The notes under the pieces are model-generated. The model did no database searches. It worked only from the letters and a program-made list of their open reading frames with translations, and was not told the origin of the DNA. Positions 26,561-40,341 of a DNA stretch of 64,000 nt are shown one piece after another. This DNA comes from Felis catus (Eukaryota), in the NCBI RefSeq assembly GCF_018350175.1, contig NC_058368.1, forward strand, positions 23,004,001-23,068,000. The letters are read 5' to 3'. A program made the position numbers and the translations under genes. The stretch's first letter is position 1. Each line of letters opens with the position of its first letter.

Positions 26561-26566
26561 TTTAAT
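26561..26566 (-). terminator. Proximal poly(A) signal ATTAAA
   Basis: TTTAAT on plus = ATTAAA on minus, about 145 nt after the stop; U-rich and GU-rich element (GTGTGGTGTCTGTCTTTT) about 35-55 nt downstream. Confidence 0.7.
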
Positions 26567-26708
26567 TGAATTAATGAGATGAAAAGATAGTGAAGCCCTG
26601 TTTGCTACTTACATGAAAGAAGATCTTAAAAAATAATCACTGCACAAAATACAAAGGGTGGGGTTATGATGCAATATTAAATTTTTCTCCCATGTTTTTC
26701 TTGACTGT

Positions 26709-26794
26709 TCAAGGACAAATTACAGTTTCCACAGCAAATTTGTTTTCAAAATGCCGAATTGTAACACAATTGCTGACTTCACGTTTCTGAATAC
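26709..26794 (-). CDS. ITM2B: ITM2B coding exon 6 (furin site KR and 23-aa Bri23 peptide, TGA stop)
   Basis: AAACAG|GT acceptor completes the Gly codon; (G)IQKR^EVSNCVTIRHFENKFAVETVICP*; total CDS 801 nt = 266 aa. Confidence 0.98.
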
Positions 26795-27900
26795 CTGTTT
26801 GGAGGGAAAAGTTTTTAAATTTCTGGGTCTTTAGTAATTCATATTAATCTTCATAGTTATTATTTACATATACAGAAATATTATACTCTATATTCCATGA
26901 ACTTCTATGGTTTGATTTTTTAACACTGGAGAAAATAATCTGCCTCTCTTGTCTGAACTAAGTATCTTCACAGATCTTATTAACAATGATAATGCCGCAT
27001 ATAAATTTATGACTTTGTAGTGGAAATGTTCTATATCTTGACTGTGGTGGTGATTTGTTGAAACTCAGAAGTGCACACTAAAGAGGGTATATTTCATTAT
27101 ATGTGTAAGTCTGGCTTTTTAAAAAAAATATCAGCTAGAAAGATAATTTTAAAACGTTAAGAAATCAAGCAGGTTTCAGGTGACTCATCATCCAAGGTGA
27201 GAGAACATTATTAAGGTGCTAACAAAAAGCCAGGAAAGCACTTTTACTAGGTGCCACAATTCCAAAGAAATCACACCACAGTGATTCAAGTGGCACTTCT
27301 TACTTTCTACAGCTTTGTCACATGTACTTTCATTTTATTTTTACAAAGATCTTGAAAGGAAAGGGGGAGATACTGTCATTCTTGTTTTTCAGGTTAAAAA
27401 AAAAAAAGGCTAAATGATTTGGCAAAGCCACATTACTTCTGTCAATGCTCTTAATTCTTTAGCCAAATTCCCTTCTAACTAACCTGACTATGATTATCTT
27501 CAACATGATCCAAAAGGCAAACTCTCTGTTTAGAATCCAGATCCCTGAGCACACACCTAAAGAGCTCCTCTAGAGACCTTCTGGATAAGAACTCTCACAC
27601 AATGTGACTGAACCAAAGTGGCGGGATGGAAGGCTGGACTGGGTGACTACATGGAACGTGAGCTGACAACATCTCTAGGCACTGACATTTCACATTCACC
27701 TATTCTATCTGAGAAGAGTGAATTTAGAATTTAGGTGATTCTCTGGGAATTTAGAAATATTATAGAGTGATACAATATAGTTTTACTTTCTCACTCGTGG
27801 AAGCATATGATAACAATATCAGCCTACATCTAAATCTAGGTTCAACACAACGAAGTAAAACAAACTTTGCTGCAAGCACTTTGACAATAAAAAGCATTAC

Positions 27901-28051
27901 CTTTGATGGTTTCTCTGCGTTGCAGTTTGTAAGTTTCCTTGTCATGGCACAGTCGGTAAATAAAGAAACCCAGGTGATCAACGTTTTCAATGCGATCAGT
28001 GATAACCATGTGTTCGTGAATCAGATATGACTGAGGCAAATAGGTTCCAGC
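27901..28051 (-). CDS. ITM2B: ITM2B coding exon 5 (aa 189-238, BRICHOS, C223)
   Basis: ATGTAG|GCT acceptor and AAAG|GTAATG donor; AGTYLPQSYLIHEHMVITDRIENVDHLGFFIYRLCHDKETYKLQRRETIK plus first base of the Gly codon; 151 nt, ends in phase 1. Confidence 0.98.
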
Positions 28052-28119
28052 CTACATTTGGAAAATAAATTCTATGAATACCTCCAAACATACATTGAAC
28101 AGATGAGGAAATGTGTGCA

Positions 28120-28285
28120 ACAGAGGTTGGCAAACTACTTCCCACCATCTGTTTTTACAAATATTGTTTTATTGCAGTACAATCATGCCTGTTTGCTTAC
28201 ATATTGTCTATGAGTTGAATAGTTTGCAACACAGATCGTACTTCCTAAAAGTCTATTACTGATTATCTGGCCCATTAGGAAAACA
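28120..28285. mobile_element. MER58A-like hAT MITE in ITM2B intron 4
   Basis: cagaggttggcaaactac...gttttattg...catgcc..tttgcttacatattgtctatg...tatctggccc. Confidence 0.7.
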
Positions 28286-28475
28286 AAGATATAATTTAAG
28301 AAATTATATTTTATTTCAAAATATAAAAAGGAAAAAACCCAAAACCACACATCTTAATTCCTCTTTATAAAATTCTTGGCTGTATTTCCAGTAAGATGGG
28401 CACTTACAGGGTTAATATCTCAACCATGAATTCTAAGATAACAGCATTAATAATAAGAAATATCTGAACATTTTA

Positions 28476-28619
<144 letters not shown>

Positions 28620-30064
28620 TTAATATTTGTAACATAGCAACTGATTTTTAAGAATAATTTGTACCATTAAAATGGGTTGGCTTTAGAATGTGTAAATCAC
28701 TTGCATTTCAACAAATGAAGTATTTGGTGGGATAGGAACAGAAGGTAGTATTGAAAGAGGAAATATTATCACTACTAGTAAACAAAATTCTTATCAGGGG
28801 TTTGTTTCTATAAGTGATTAACAAAAAACTATTAAAATTAATAGCCTTATCATCTGATTAAGAGAGATAATCAGTTTCCTCACATGTAGTAAACCCCAAT
28901 GCCCTCCAAGGTATCCATCCATTACATGTAAGAATTAACTTCTGTCCTATGCATCTAGAATAGTACTAGTTACTACCATCCTTAGAGAAACTGATATAAG
29001 TCAATTAAATGGTTTTCCGTGTTCTTGTGGTTCAGATGAGACTGTGGTTGAGAAGGATTATCTCATGGGATGGTTTTGAGGATTAACAGGAGTTCAATTA
29101 AATCATGTGAACACTTTGATTTCTACGAGCTCAGTGTTAGTTATTATTTACTATTTGCTTTGGATGGGCTTATTACCTTGAAGATATGTAATTTCTCAAA
29201 CTACTTTATAAACACTTATCAGTTGTATTTATTAGGCATGAAATATTTGCAAAGCTCAATTCAGTGACACGCCTGAATGTTCAAACTGGCAAACTATACA
29301 GAGATGCAAAATCCACAGATAATAGGTAAACTTCCAAATTTTTTAAGAAAAGAAAAAATTCTTGGGACAAAAATTATTGGGGGAATATAACTATTAACTA
29401 GATATTAAATAATACCATATTATCATGTTCACTTTCTTACAGGTAATAAATGACATGGTTATGTAGACGTTATGTACAAGAGACAACAGCTCAAGTATCT
29501 AGGGGTCAAGTGTCAAATGTGAGAAAAGAAATTAAGAAAACGTGATAAAATTTTGGAAATAGGTGGAGGATCTGGGATAGTCACTGTATTCTCACTTCAC
29601 CTTTTTTGTATTGCATAACAATATTCAAAACTAAGGGGAAATGTAAAATGAGAACTTAAAAATAGATTAATAAAATGATACAGAACTAAGATTACTAATA
29701 TTTGAAAATGCTACACAGAAATGGGAGCGTGAATCACCTCTTATCTAAGAAAATGAGAGCACGTAAGAAATAGCAATTTACTAGCAAAGGAGAAGCAGCC
29801 ATAAGGTGGGCTTTAAGGTAAACACAGCCAAGGGAAGAAAAGTTAACATGGAAGAAGGCCAAGTCCATTGAGGGTCGGCTTCAGATAAAGAAATCCATCA
29901 AATGTTAGGGCACTTTGTAGGGAAGAAGAAACCCAAGTCCATTTTCTTTTTAAGTAAAAAGTAAACTCTAAATAGAATAAATCAGAAAATACTGAAATTA
30001 AAATTGCAAAAACCATAAATTAAAGAATGTGCATTCTTTTTACAGTTCTAGACACCTGACTCAC

Positions 30065-30271
30065 CTTGTTAAAATCATGAACAATGTTGGCAGGATCACT
30101 ATCTGCAAATTCTGGGACAGGCACACTGATGAATTCAACCTCATCTTCCTCAAAGATCTTAATGTTTTCCTCAATTGTCTGGTAGCGAGCAGCCGGGGCA
30201 TCTGCAGAAGGCTCGTTTAAGATGACATCATCTTTGATATACTTTATTCCACAGTAGTACACGTCATCTGG
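30065..30271 (-). CDS. ITM2B: ITM2B coding exon 3 (aa 83-151, linker with C89 and start of BRICHOS)
   Basis: CTATAG|CCA acceptor and AAG|GTGAGT donor; PDDVYYCGIKYIKDDVILNEPSADAPAARYQ...PANIVHDFNK; 207 nt; overlaps ORF 30020..30262. Confidence 0.98.
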
Positions 30272-31780
30272 CTATAGAGAGTTTAAACACTATTTCAGCA
30301 ATTCAGAGGGAGATAGGTTTTTAAATGTAAGCATTACTTAAGCTGCCACCGCTTATCTAAATAGCATTTTGCTTGCAAACTCTTACTTTTAGATGACAAG
30401 TCAGACAGTTTAATTACACAGTTAACACATTCTTTAAGACAGGGATTTGAAGTATTGTAAAAAAAATTGTTTCAGAAGGAGAAAAGCAGCTGATTTTTCC
30501 TTTACTTTTTATAGTCGACAAAAATAGAATATAAAAGCAATTATTCATCTGGTGACAATTAAATTTGAAGAAACACATAGGCCTACTTCTACCGGTAGGC
30601 ATTATTTTTATAAAAGAATATATTCGGAAATGAATGTTTTTTTTCTGAAATATACTTTTAAAACTTTTTGATATGATTCACTGACTAAATGATTTTTCTT
30701 TTAGCCAAAAAAGGAGTCGTTTTTCTGTAATTTTTACAGGAATACAAGTAGTTGTGATTTTTTCTTAAAATGTATGACAATGAAGTGGAAAATAACAGGC
30801 AGCCTAACAGATTACAGAAATCACTATAAAGACTGTTTTTTTAAAAATCTACATAAAGACTAGGTAGGAGCATGTAACAAGCAATACGTTAAGGCAAAAA
30901 ATATCTCTGGACAGGTAATTGCAAAATGTTTTTTTCTACATCAAATATAATTGTTGTAAAAAAAACGGCACTGAAAAAGATGACTAGTATTTCAATAATG
31001 TCTATCAACATGCAATTTTCTTGAAAATTATAGAAAATGAACATGAAATGTATACATACTATGGCAGAATGTTTCATTATTTTAATAAAATCTATTTGCC
31101 AACAGTTTCTCCAAATTTTAAAATGTTAGAAAATATAAACCTATGAAATTATTGCCAAGAGAAATAGATCACAAAACACAGATCATAAATCATGAGTATC
31201 ATAAGAAAAATCTCATGTCTCAACCCACTAGGATTACTATTAAGCACTCTCAAGTTCTAAAACAACATTCATCCTAAATTACTTCAACATCACTGCTGAA
31301 GTCACGCAATTCTTAAAGAGAAACCAAAAACTGGGAAAGAGTCAGAGAGATGTGGTGCCAGTGAATTCAGTGCCCAGGAGCAAAGGCTACTGTAGGGGAG
31401 TCCAAACTGAGTATCAACTTATAGTCTATCAACAAGACAACATGTGATGTTGTCTGATGTATTTACTCAATTGGCAATTAATAACATTATACCTTAGCCA
31501 CTAATTATAGTAGGAAAATGAAGGTTAGTCAATTTTGAAAAATCATCCAATAATCTATACTCTTTAGTCAGCAACATTTCAAAACAACACTATTCTGCTT
31601 TTAGTGACTTTCCAAAAGGCTCAGCAAACTTACGTTCAGATTTTTACACACAACTCTAAAGTAGGACCACCACTCTGGCTAATGGCCACAGACAAAAAGT
31701 GCAGGCTTAGAACAAATTTGGGCCAATTTTCTAATACATGTGAAGGAAAGGGAAAAAAGTCCTTAGCATTTTCCACTTAC

Positions 31781-31909
31781 TTGAAGTGCAAAATATTTGT
31801 ACAGGTATGCTCCTCCTAGAATGACACCTGCAAGCATAAATGCTAGTCCAAAGCACATGCACCAACACCAGGCTCTTCTTTGGCCAACTGGTACCACTTC
31901 ATCTGGGTC
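31781..31909 (-). CDS. ITM2B: ITM2B coding exon 2 (aa 40-82, type II transmembrane helix)
   Basis: TTTTAG|GAC acceptor and CAA|GTAAGT donor; translates DPDEVVPVGQRRAWCWCMCFGLAFMLAGVILGGAYLYKYFALQ; 129 nt. Confidence 0.98.
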
Positions 31910-34249
31910 CTAAAATATGAAAAAGACCAAAAATGGTCAGTATCATATATCCAGTGAGAATCATAGAAAGGTCAGGATCGAAAGAAGTCTAAAAAGGATT
32001 ATCATTTTATAAACCAAGATATAAAGACTCAGTTCTCTAATCAAAATCAACCCAGAAATTATTAGGTTGTGGTGCCAGAAGTCACCACAATGCCACTCAA
32101 GCTGAGCCATCAGTCTCTTGGGAGGGTTTTTATTCTAATTCTCAACACCTCTGCTACTTATACCTCTAGAACAATAACATAGTCTATAATTTCTATTGTC
32201 TGTGCACAACTTTTGGTGATTAAAATATCTTCTAACATTTAAAACTTCAGGAAAAGCTACAACACAACTTCGTCATTAAGTATTATGGTGCTGAGCCTTC
32301 AGTGTATATTACATTATACTATAAAATTATGTATTAGTCTGCTACAGATGGCTAATAGTTCACACCAGGTATAAAGGCAATCCTAACAATACACAAGAAA
32401 AAGAAACAGGAAAACAAGGGACATAACAAATAATACGAAACAAATTCTTTAAACAACTGGAGTCTTAAAAAATAAGACAAACTTATCCATAAATAATCCC
32501 ATAATTCCACTGCCCTACCCTAAAAAACATCCCCGTTTGACAAATGTTTTCATTTTTAAGATAGAAGCAGTAGAAAAATGAGGAAAGATTCAACAGAGAA
32601 AAACTTACAAAGGTAAGAGACATACAATTAGTTAGAATTTTTATTTTGATCCACTCAAGGAAATAATTTAGCCTTAGAATGCCATCTGGGGTCACAATAT
32701 CCAGTCCTTTAAATACTCCCTTTGCCCTTCTAACTCAGTTCCACTACTCTGTCACTACAGATTTACAGCTAATTTCTGATTTGTACCTAGGTTAATGTCA
32801 AAAAGGTGACAAACGAGATTAGTTGCTAGTGTTATCTAACTCATGGCTCAAGACACATAGTACAGACAGCAAAAGCAAAGCTCCAATTGACTGGAAGCCA
32901 ACATAATAAAAGATGTTCTAGTTAGTAGTATGTATGTACAGCCACTCAAGTACATGACTCTGATCTTTACTTGGAAAACTGAATATAGGATGGCTTAAGG
33001 GAGAAACTAGACTTGACCCACACCTCTGCAGATAAATACAGGGAATATAAATAAAAAGGAAGAAAAACTATATGAACAATACTAGATATGGTTGAAGCAA
33101 GAATACAACCAAGAAAGAATGAAAGTCAAGGTTATGTTTTCAATGCTAAGATGAGAAATTTCAACATGACACTACTGAGAAAAAGCCCAGTCCCAGACGT
33201 CCCAGTCAACCAAGAACAATTTAGAGCCAGATAGTGTGTGCCTAGGTTAACTGAGGTTTTAAACAGAATTTAACAATATAGAACAAATGCCATATAACTT
33301 AAAGATTGGATCAAACACTGGGAGAGCGTTACATTTTGCTGTAGTAGGTGAACTTGTCCAAGTACTGTACAAATACTTAATACAAGTGCACTACAAAATA
33401 GTGTGTAAAAAGAATAAGCCTAGAGTAATTTATCAAATCATGGAAGATATTCCATCTGTGAACGGAAAGCTTTAAGAATTCCACAGAGTCATAAGGTATT
33501 ATAAAACGTGAATGATAAAGTCTAGTATTTTGCTTGAGCCCCTGTCTGATATAAATATGTAAGGAGACAATAAACAGTTCCTAGCATAATTAATTTTAGG
33601 GTGGAAGCAGGGTGGGGGGGATGAAAATGACAGATGGCAACAGTCATTTCCAAACATTTGGTATCAGCTGCTGAGACAGTCAAATGTGCGTACAACACCC
33701 ACCCTGCTTGGCAGACTCCCTTCTTTAGTAGCACATAAATGAATACCCAAAGAGCATGGGCTGACACTTGTAAAAGAATATGCAGCCCCAAATGTCAAGT
33801 TGATGACAAATTTCTAGGCCTTTTGATATATCATTTTTAACTGGTCAGCAAACAATAATTTTAAGAAATTATAAATGTCTACTAGGTGCCAAGAACTGTA
33901 CTAGGCACTGGTGTAAATAACCTCTGCCAAGAAAGAGATCATTCAGATCAGCCTGGAAAATAAATATACAAAGAGAACATAAACATGATATGGGTTCTAA
34001 CAGAAAAATGGAGAACACAGAAAAAGGGATGCTAGTGTTTGGAGTAGAGCTCCCAGAGGAGATAATACTAGAGTGGAATGTTGAAGGACAAATGCTCATT
34101 ACCCACGTGGAAGACAGAGTTAAAGGGCATTATATTTAGGGCAAAGAATGAATAAAATCATGGAGCCAGAATGCACAGCATCTCCAAAGACATGTGGTAT
34201 GGCTGAGGGTCCAACATGGTGGGGAAGGTACAAGAACTAAGAATGGAGG

Positions 34250-34475
34250 ACCACCTGGGTGGCTCAGTTGGTTAAACGTCCAACTTTGGCTCTGGTCATA
34301 ATCTCATCACTCATGAGTTTGAGCCACATGTTGGACTCTGTGCTGACAGCTTAGCACAGAGCCTGGAGCCTGCTTCAGATTCTATGTCTCCTTCTCTCTC
34401 TGCCCCTCCCTCGCTCATGCTCTCTCTCTCTCTCTCTCAAAAATAAATAAACATTAAAAAAAAAAATTTTTTTTT
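34250..34475 (+). mobile_element. CanSINE (intron 1)
   Basis: cacctgggtggctcagttggttaa head, (CT)n, A tail. Confidence 0.9.
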
Positions 34476-35325
34476 ATCAGAAACTAAGGGTCTTTGGCCA
34501 AATCATAGATCCATGTCCATGCACCACAGTCATGTACTTCCTAGAAGAGTTATCAGATCTTCAAAGTCCATCTAATCTTTTTTTTTCCTTTTATTTCTAG
34601 TGATCATTTTCTACCTTGCATTAGAATAATTCATATACAGATCTTCTCTCTCCCTACTAGGCTATAAGGTTCTTGTGAGTATCCATTCATATTCATTTTG
34701 CATTACCGGTAGCTCCAAGCCAAGTTTAGTACTTGGTTGGCACTCAACAAATATTTGATGAGTGAATGAAATTTAGATTTGTTTTTAAAGCTTGGTTATT
34801 TACTTTTCTAATGACCCATAAGAGTTACATCAGCAGCCAGCATGATAATGAAGGGTGGGGGCAACATAAGAATTCATGACACATAACAGAGTGTGGCTAT
34901 TTAGCAAAGAAAAGCAGCCCTAAGTACTTAGCCAGTTCAACATTTATTAGGGACCTGTTATTTGCAATGTACTGTGCTAGATCCTGTGGGATATTCAAAT
35001 GTGATTAAGACATGGCTGATACCTTAAGCAATTTACAGTCAAAATTAACATTATTCATGACAGATAAATGACATTCCATATTACAATCTGAATTATGGAG
35101 AAAGGATTAAAACATACTGAAGACAGAAAATTTTTTAATCTAAGTGATCATTAAAAGTGCGTTTAAATGATTAAATTAACACAGTAAAGAGAAAGCCCAA
35201 AGCCACATATATGAAATTTAAGAAAAACCCCATGACCATCTCAAAATATGTCAAAAATGCATTTGACAAACTCCAACTCCTATTCATAATAAAATCTCTT
35301 TGCAAACTAGAAAGAGGTAAAATTC

Positions 35326-35572
35326 CTTTTTTTTTTTTAATGTTTATTTGAGAGAGAGAGAGCACGCAAGCAAGAAAGGGGGACAGAGAGAGAGAGACAC
35401 AGAGCACAAGCAAGGGAGGGGCAGAGAGAGAGAGGGAGACACAGAATCCAAAGCAGGTTCAAGGCTCTGAGTTGTCAGCACAGAGCCAATGCAGGGCTCA
35501 AACTCACACGCCATGAGATCATGACCTGAACCAAAGTCAGACACTTAACCAACTGAGCAACCCAGGTGTACC
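35326..35572 (-). mobile_element. CanSINE with a duplicated 3' (CT)-rich segment
   Basis: Reverse SINE; the gcaag...ggggcagagagagag..gagacac block occurs twice; TSD aagaggtaaaa. Confidence 0.9.
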
Positions 35573-35806
35573 AAGAGGTAAAACTCTTTAACATAAATAA
35601 GGCTAATGATCAAAAACCCATAGCAAACCTCATATTTAATGGTGAAACTTCAGACTTATACCATAATATTTCAAGTCAGGGAATTATAATGGCTGCTCAC
35701 TAAAACCAAATGTTTCCATTTAACATTATACTACACATCCTACCTAGTACACAACGGACAAGCACAAGAACAGATATAAAGATTACAAAAAAAAAGCAAA
35801 ACTATC

Positions 35807-36022
35807 AGGGCACCCGGATGGCTCAGTCAGTTAAGCATCCGACTTCAGCTCAGGTCAGGATCATGCAATTCGTGAGTTCCAGCCCCAAATTGGGCTCCCT
35901 GCTGTCAGCGCAGAGCCTACTTGGGATCCTCTGTCCCTCTCTCTCTCTGCCCCTTCCCTGCTTGAGGTCTCTCAAAACTAAATAAACATTAAAAAAAAAA
36001 GAAAGAAAGAAAGAAAGAAAGG
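35807..36022 (+). mobile_element. CanSINE with (GAAA)n tail
   Basis: SINE head; TSD gcaaaactatca. Confidence 0.92.
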
Positions 36023-36737
36023 ATGCAAAACTATCATTATGTGTAAATGATATCACTGTCTAGAAAATCTGAGAAAGAAAAATAATTCAAACTAATTAAA
36101 GTTCAGAAAACTGCTGAACATCAGTAATTAAAAATCAACTGAGTCAAAGATTTATATATGTGACTAGTCATACCATCATTATTCATATTGGCTCCAAACT
36201 AGAAACAACACAAATATCCACTAAATGAGGAATAGATAAATTGTGGTATGTTTCATATTGAACCTCAAAAATATGCTAAGTGAAACAAATCCAACACAAA
36301 AGACTATTTACTGCATGATTCCATTTTTTATGAAATTATAAAAAAGGCAAATATAAGTGACAAAAAGTAGCTCAGTGGTTGCCATGGCCAAGGGTTGGTG
36401 AAGGGAAATTGAAGGCATATAAGGACATTTTTTAGGGTAACAGATATGTTTCATATCTTGATGGTGGGGGATATACAACTTTATGCAATTACCATAAATT
36501 CAATCAAGTTATACACACAGAATGGGCAAATTTTATTGCATGCAAATTATACTTCAATATGGAAAGTGCAGAGAAAAAAAAAAATCAAACAAGTTCTTAT
36601 AATACCAGGCAATAGAGAAAGCCTAATGCTTTCCAAATGCTAGGAAAAGGGTGGAGTAATGGGAATTGAGAATGTTCATACAGTTGGCAGGTACAACTGC
36701 TTGGAGAACAATTTGGCAGAATCTAATAAAATTGAAG

Positions 36738-36739
<2 letters not shown>

Positions 36740-36777
<38 letters not shown>
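36740..36777. repeat. (CA)n microsatellite
   Basis: About 19 perfect AC units. Confidence 0.95.
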
Positions 36778-36780
<3 letters not shown>

Positions 36781-39289
36781 CTAACCCAGCAATTCCATTC
36801 CTAGAAATATGGCCCTAGATAAAGTTTTATACATGTACACAAAGGTCTAAAAATGATTACTGCAGAATGGTCAATTAAGAAAAACATTAGAAATAACCTA
36901 CATGTCCATCAAGTGGAGAATAAAGTATTTAGGGTCACACAATAATAATTAAAATGAAATCAACTAGCATAGTTGATTTTGAGACAAATCTCAGAAACAT
37001 AATGCCCAATTTTTAAAAAAAGGTAAGTTGGATATTACCATTGTATGATATTTAAGACTTAAAAACATATCAAATGGTACTACACATTCTCTGATTTTCT
37101 ATGCTTGTATTATTTCATAATTAAAGGACAGCAACAACAACAAAAAAATCAACAAAAAAAAGGGAAACACCCATGAACAAGGGCTTCCTTGCCAGGGTAT
37201 ATAAGTTTACCTGGCCTAATTTAAAACAAGTTAGAGACATTTCCTCCCCTTGTACTGCAATAAAACTGGTGCACCTTAAATTATGCTGATGAGGTAAAAG
37301 AGCTCCCATAGGTGCTGTACAATTATCATCTCATTAATCTTCCTAAAACCTCAAGTTTTTACCCCAGTTTATAAATGAAGACACTGAAGCACACTCTGGC
37401 CTATAATCATCCCTCCACAGCAGTATGGAAAGACAGTTTTTGGAAGCATTCTTGCTCTCTCACTGAACTAATTTCTGGTTCAAATAAATCTTATCATCAT
37501 ATGATGAAGTAAAATTACTTAACAAATTATATTTTATGCAAAATGAAGGGTAAATTCTGTTCTGGTACTTCAATTAGTTAAGAATTAGGTCACCTCAGTC
37601 AGTTCCCTAAGAGGCTTCAGTAAATGTGCCTCCATTATCAACTTAACTCAGACAAAACACAAGGGTTTTCATATAATTTTTATACTGTTCCTATACTAAC
37701 GAATCCCTTCACATCCTCAGGCACTTCCATTTGAGACTTCTTTATAGGATGAATGAAGAGACATTTTTTCCAAAGCTCCCACTTATACTATTATGCAATT
37801 TATTATAGCAAATGCAATAACAAAGCTTTAGGAACCAGAATACTAAAGAAGAAAACATCTCCTAGGGTTAAAAATTGTATTACCATAGAAAGCAAAGAAA
37901 AGAAAAATGAAAAGGAAAGAAAAAGAAAAAGGAGAAGAAAAAAAGGCATAAAAATGCTTTAAGTATAACAACGAGACAAATACGGACAAGAATCAATACA
38001 GTTTATTCAACTCAAAGTAGCATGAACTACTGAACCTGCAGAAATAGATCTGGTAACTTAGAAACATGTACATTTTTAAAACACATTTGGTAATATAGAT
38101 AAATATAGAGTTACACAGGCCAGCTGCCCAGGGATGTGTTTGGCCTATATTCTATTTTCCAAAATACAGAATTAGCTGACAACATTTTTAAAAAGAATCT
38201 AATGATTCAATTTTTTACAAATGAGTTTCTCCTCATTGTTCTCGTTTTCTCAACTTATCATTTTTCTCCCCAGTTGAAGGCCAACATACCATATTCTTTT
38301 CTACCGTGTTGCTTAGTTTTTAACCTTGATCTTCATTTCCTACTCTGACTAGGTGTGCTTCCTTCTGAGAACCAATTTTTATAAAACAACCAGTCTAAAC
38401 CATTCCTTATATAAAGGATTTTGACTTGTGAGTTTCAGACTGAATTAGTATGGTGAATAAAGAACCTTAATGCTTGAAGCACGTACGTGGCTCAGTCAAT
38501 TAAGCTTCCAACTCCCGATTTCAGCTCAGGTCATAATTTCAGGGTCGTGGGATCAAGCCCCAAGTCTGGCTCTCTCTCTCTACCCCTCTGCCCCTCTCTC
38601 CTGCTCGGTCTCTCTCTAAAACAAAATAAAATTTAAAACAAAACCAAAAAACCCCAATGCTTTAAATGACACAACAGGAATTCTCTTATAAACAATAAAT
38701 CTGGATATGGATAGTATCAGCAAACCAAAAGTGGTAACAGAGAAGAGCTGGAACTGAACAAGCCTAGATAAAACCATGGACCAAGAACTACAAGAATGAA
38801 AGATCTGTTCTAGACAACACCCAGTTCCCAGAAAATATAAACACAATGAGAATGATAAAAGGATAAAAGGCTACTTACAGGTATAATACCATCTATATTC
38901 TGGAAAAAGCAAACTACAGAAAGAGGAAATAGGAATGGAGTGAGAGACAGAATTACGAAGCGGTATGAACATTTTGGGGTAAGGAAACTATTCTGCATCT
39001 TGACTGTGATGATTATACAACTACATTTGTCAAAATTAACACAACTGTATACCTAAAAAGGCTGAATTTTCAGTATGCAAATAATACTCCAGTAAACTCA
39101 AATTCCTCTCCTTTCCCAACTTGCAAGGAACGGGACAGGGTTTTTTCCTCAGACTCAAGTAAATGATTACTAAAGAAGCTGGAAAAGATATAAACCTGTA
39201 AGAGAAGACAAAAATGAAAAGACAGCAGACAAAAATGTCAGAATTTTGGAGAATGGGAAACAGGTGGACAACTTTAACTTCTCTGAATC

Positions 39290-39440
39290 AATTATGTCAT
39301 CATAAACATGGATTAATAATAGCACCTATCTCACAGAGTTGTTGTAGGGATTAAATGAGGAAATATATGTGAAACATTTAGATCACAGCTTGGTATGTAG
39401 GAAACAGTAAGTGCTCAACTGATGATAGCTATTATTATCC
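39290..39440. mobile_element. MIR fragment
   Basis: taataatagcacctatctcacagagttgttgtagggattaaatgag is the MIR core. Confidence 0.75.
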
Positions 39441-39808
39441 TGCCACCATCTAATTTAGCTAGGAAAGGTTAAGCTGAAACAAGTATCCACTGGGGTTGAA
39501 GCCAATACAAAGCAATCTACAACAGTACTGAAAAGGCCAACTGGAAAAAGATTTTACAGTACCAGAGGGGAAAATTAAATCGCTTCTTACTCAAGCAAGA
39601 ATTCTAAAATGACAAACAAAGCATTTTCCAAAAATGCTTTCCTACCTATATTCTTAGAACCACAAAAGTTATGTAGGTAATTGCTCCAACAGATCACTGC
39701 TGTGTAGAATACCAGTGCCACTCATTTACTATTTGTATATGTTCTATTCACCTGACTCCTACATTAGTTTCCTTTCCTAAGTATGAAAGAATCAAAAAGA
39801 CACAATCC

Positions 39809-40030
39809 GGGGCACCTGGGTGGCTCAGTTTGTTGAGTGGCCACCTCTTGGTTTTGGCTCAGGTCATGATCTCAGCATGGTTCCTGAGTTCTGAGCTCTG
39901 CTTGGGCTTGCCTAGGCTCCATGCTGCCAGTGGGGAGTCTGCTTGGGACTCTCTTTCACTCCCTCTTTCTCTGCCCCTCCCCTGCTGGTCCTCTCTCTCC
40001 CTCTAAATAAATAAAATAAAACTTAAAAAA
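39809..40030 (+). mobile_element. CanSINE
   Basis: SINE head and tail; TSD aaaaagacac(a/g)atcc. Confidence 0.9.
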
Positions 40031-40341
40031 AAAAAGACACGATCCAGCAGTCTGTTCATTATTTATAGCACTATTGCCAAATATATATTCTGTTATATGT
40101 AGAACACAAAATCTATGGCTAAGAAGCTAAATTCTATAAAAATATCAAAGATTTGTTTGCATTTTGTCTTGTCCATTTAAATTAGTATCTGAATTTTGCT
40201 TTTCACGTACTTTTCAAGCAAGATTGCTAGAATCTCAACTATGATGATAAAGTCCACATGACAAATGTGTCTGGCACATAAAAAGGAAGAGTTTTCTAAG
40301 TGCTTGGCATTAGATGGATAATAAAGTTACTGCATTATTTT

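Larger units (their letters stand above)
25870..26708 (-). other. ITM2B: ITM2B 3' UTR (approximate extent, to the distal poly(A) signal)
   Basis: Repeat-free AT-rich sequence after the stop codon, containing two poly(A) signals; the 3' end is inferred. Confidence 0.7.
35140..36560 (+). mobile_element. Old L1 ORF2 / 3' fragments with two SINE insertions
   Basis: gcatttgacaaactccaactcctattcataataaaa, aaacccatagcaaacctcatatttaatggtgaaa, tgcatgattccattt. Confidence 0.75.
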
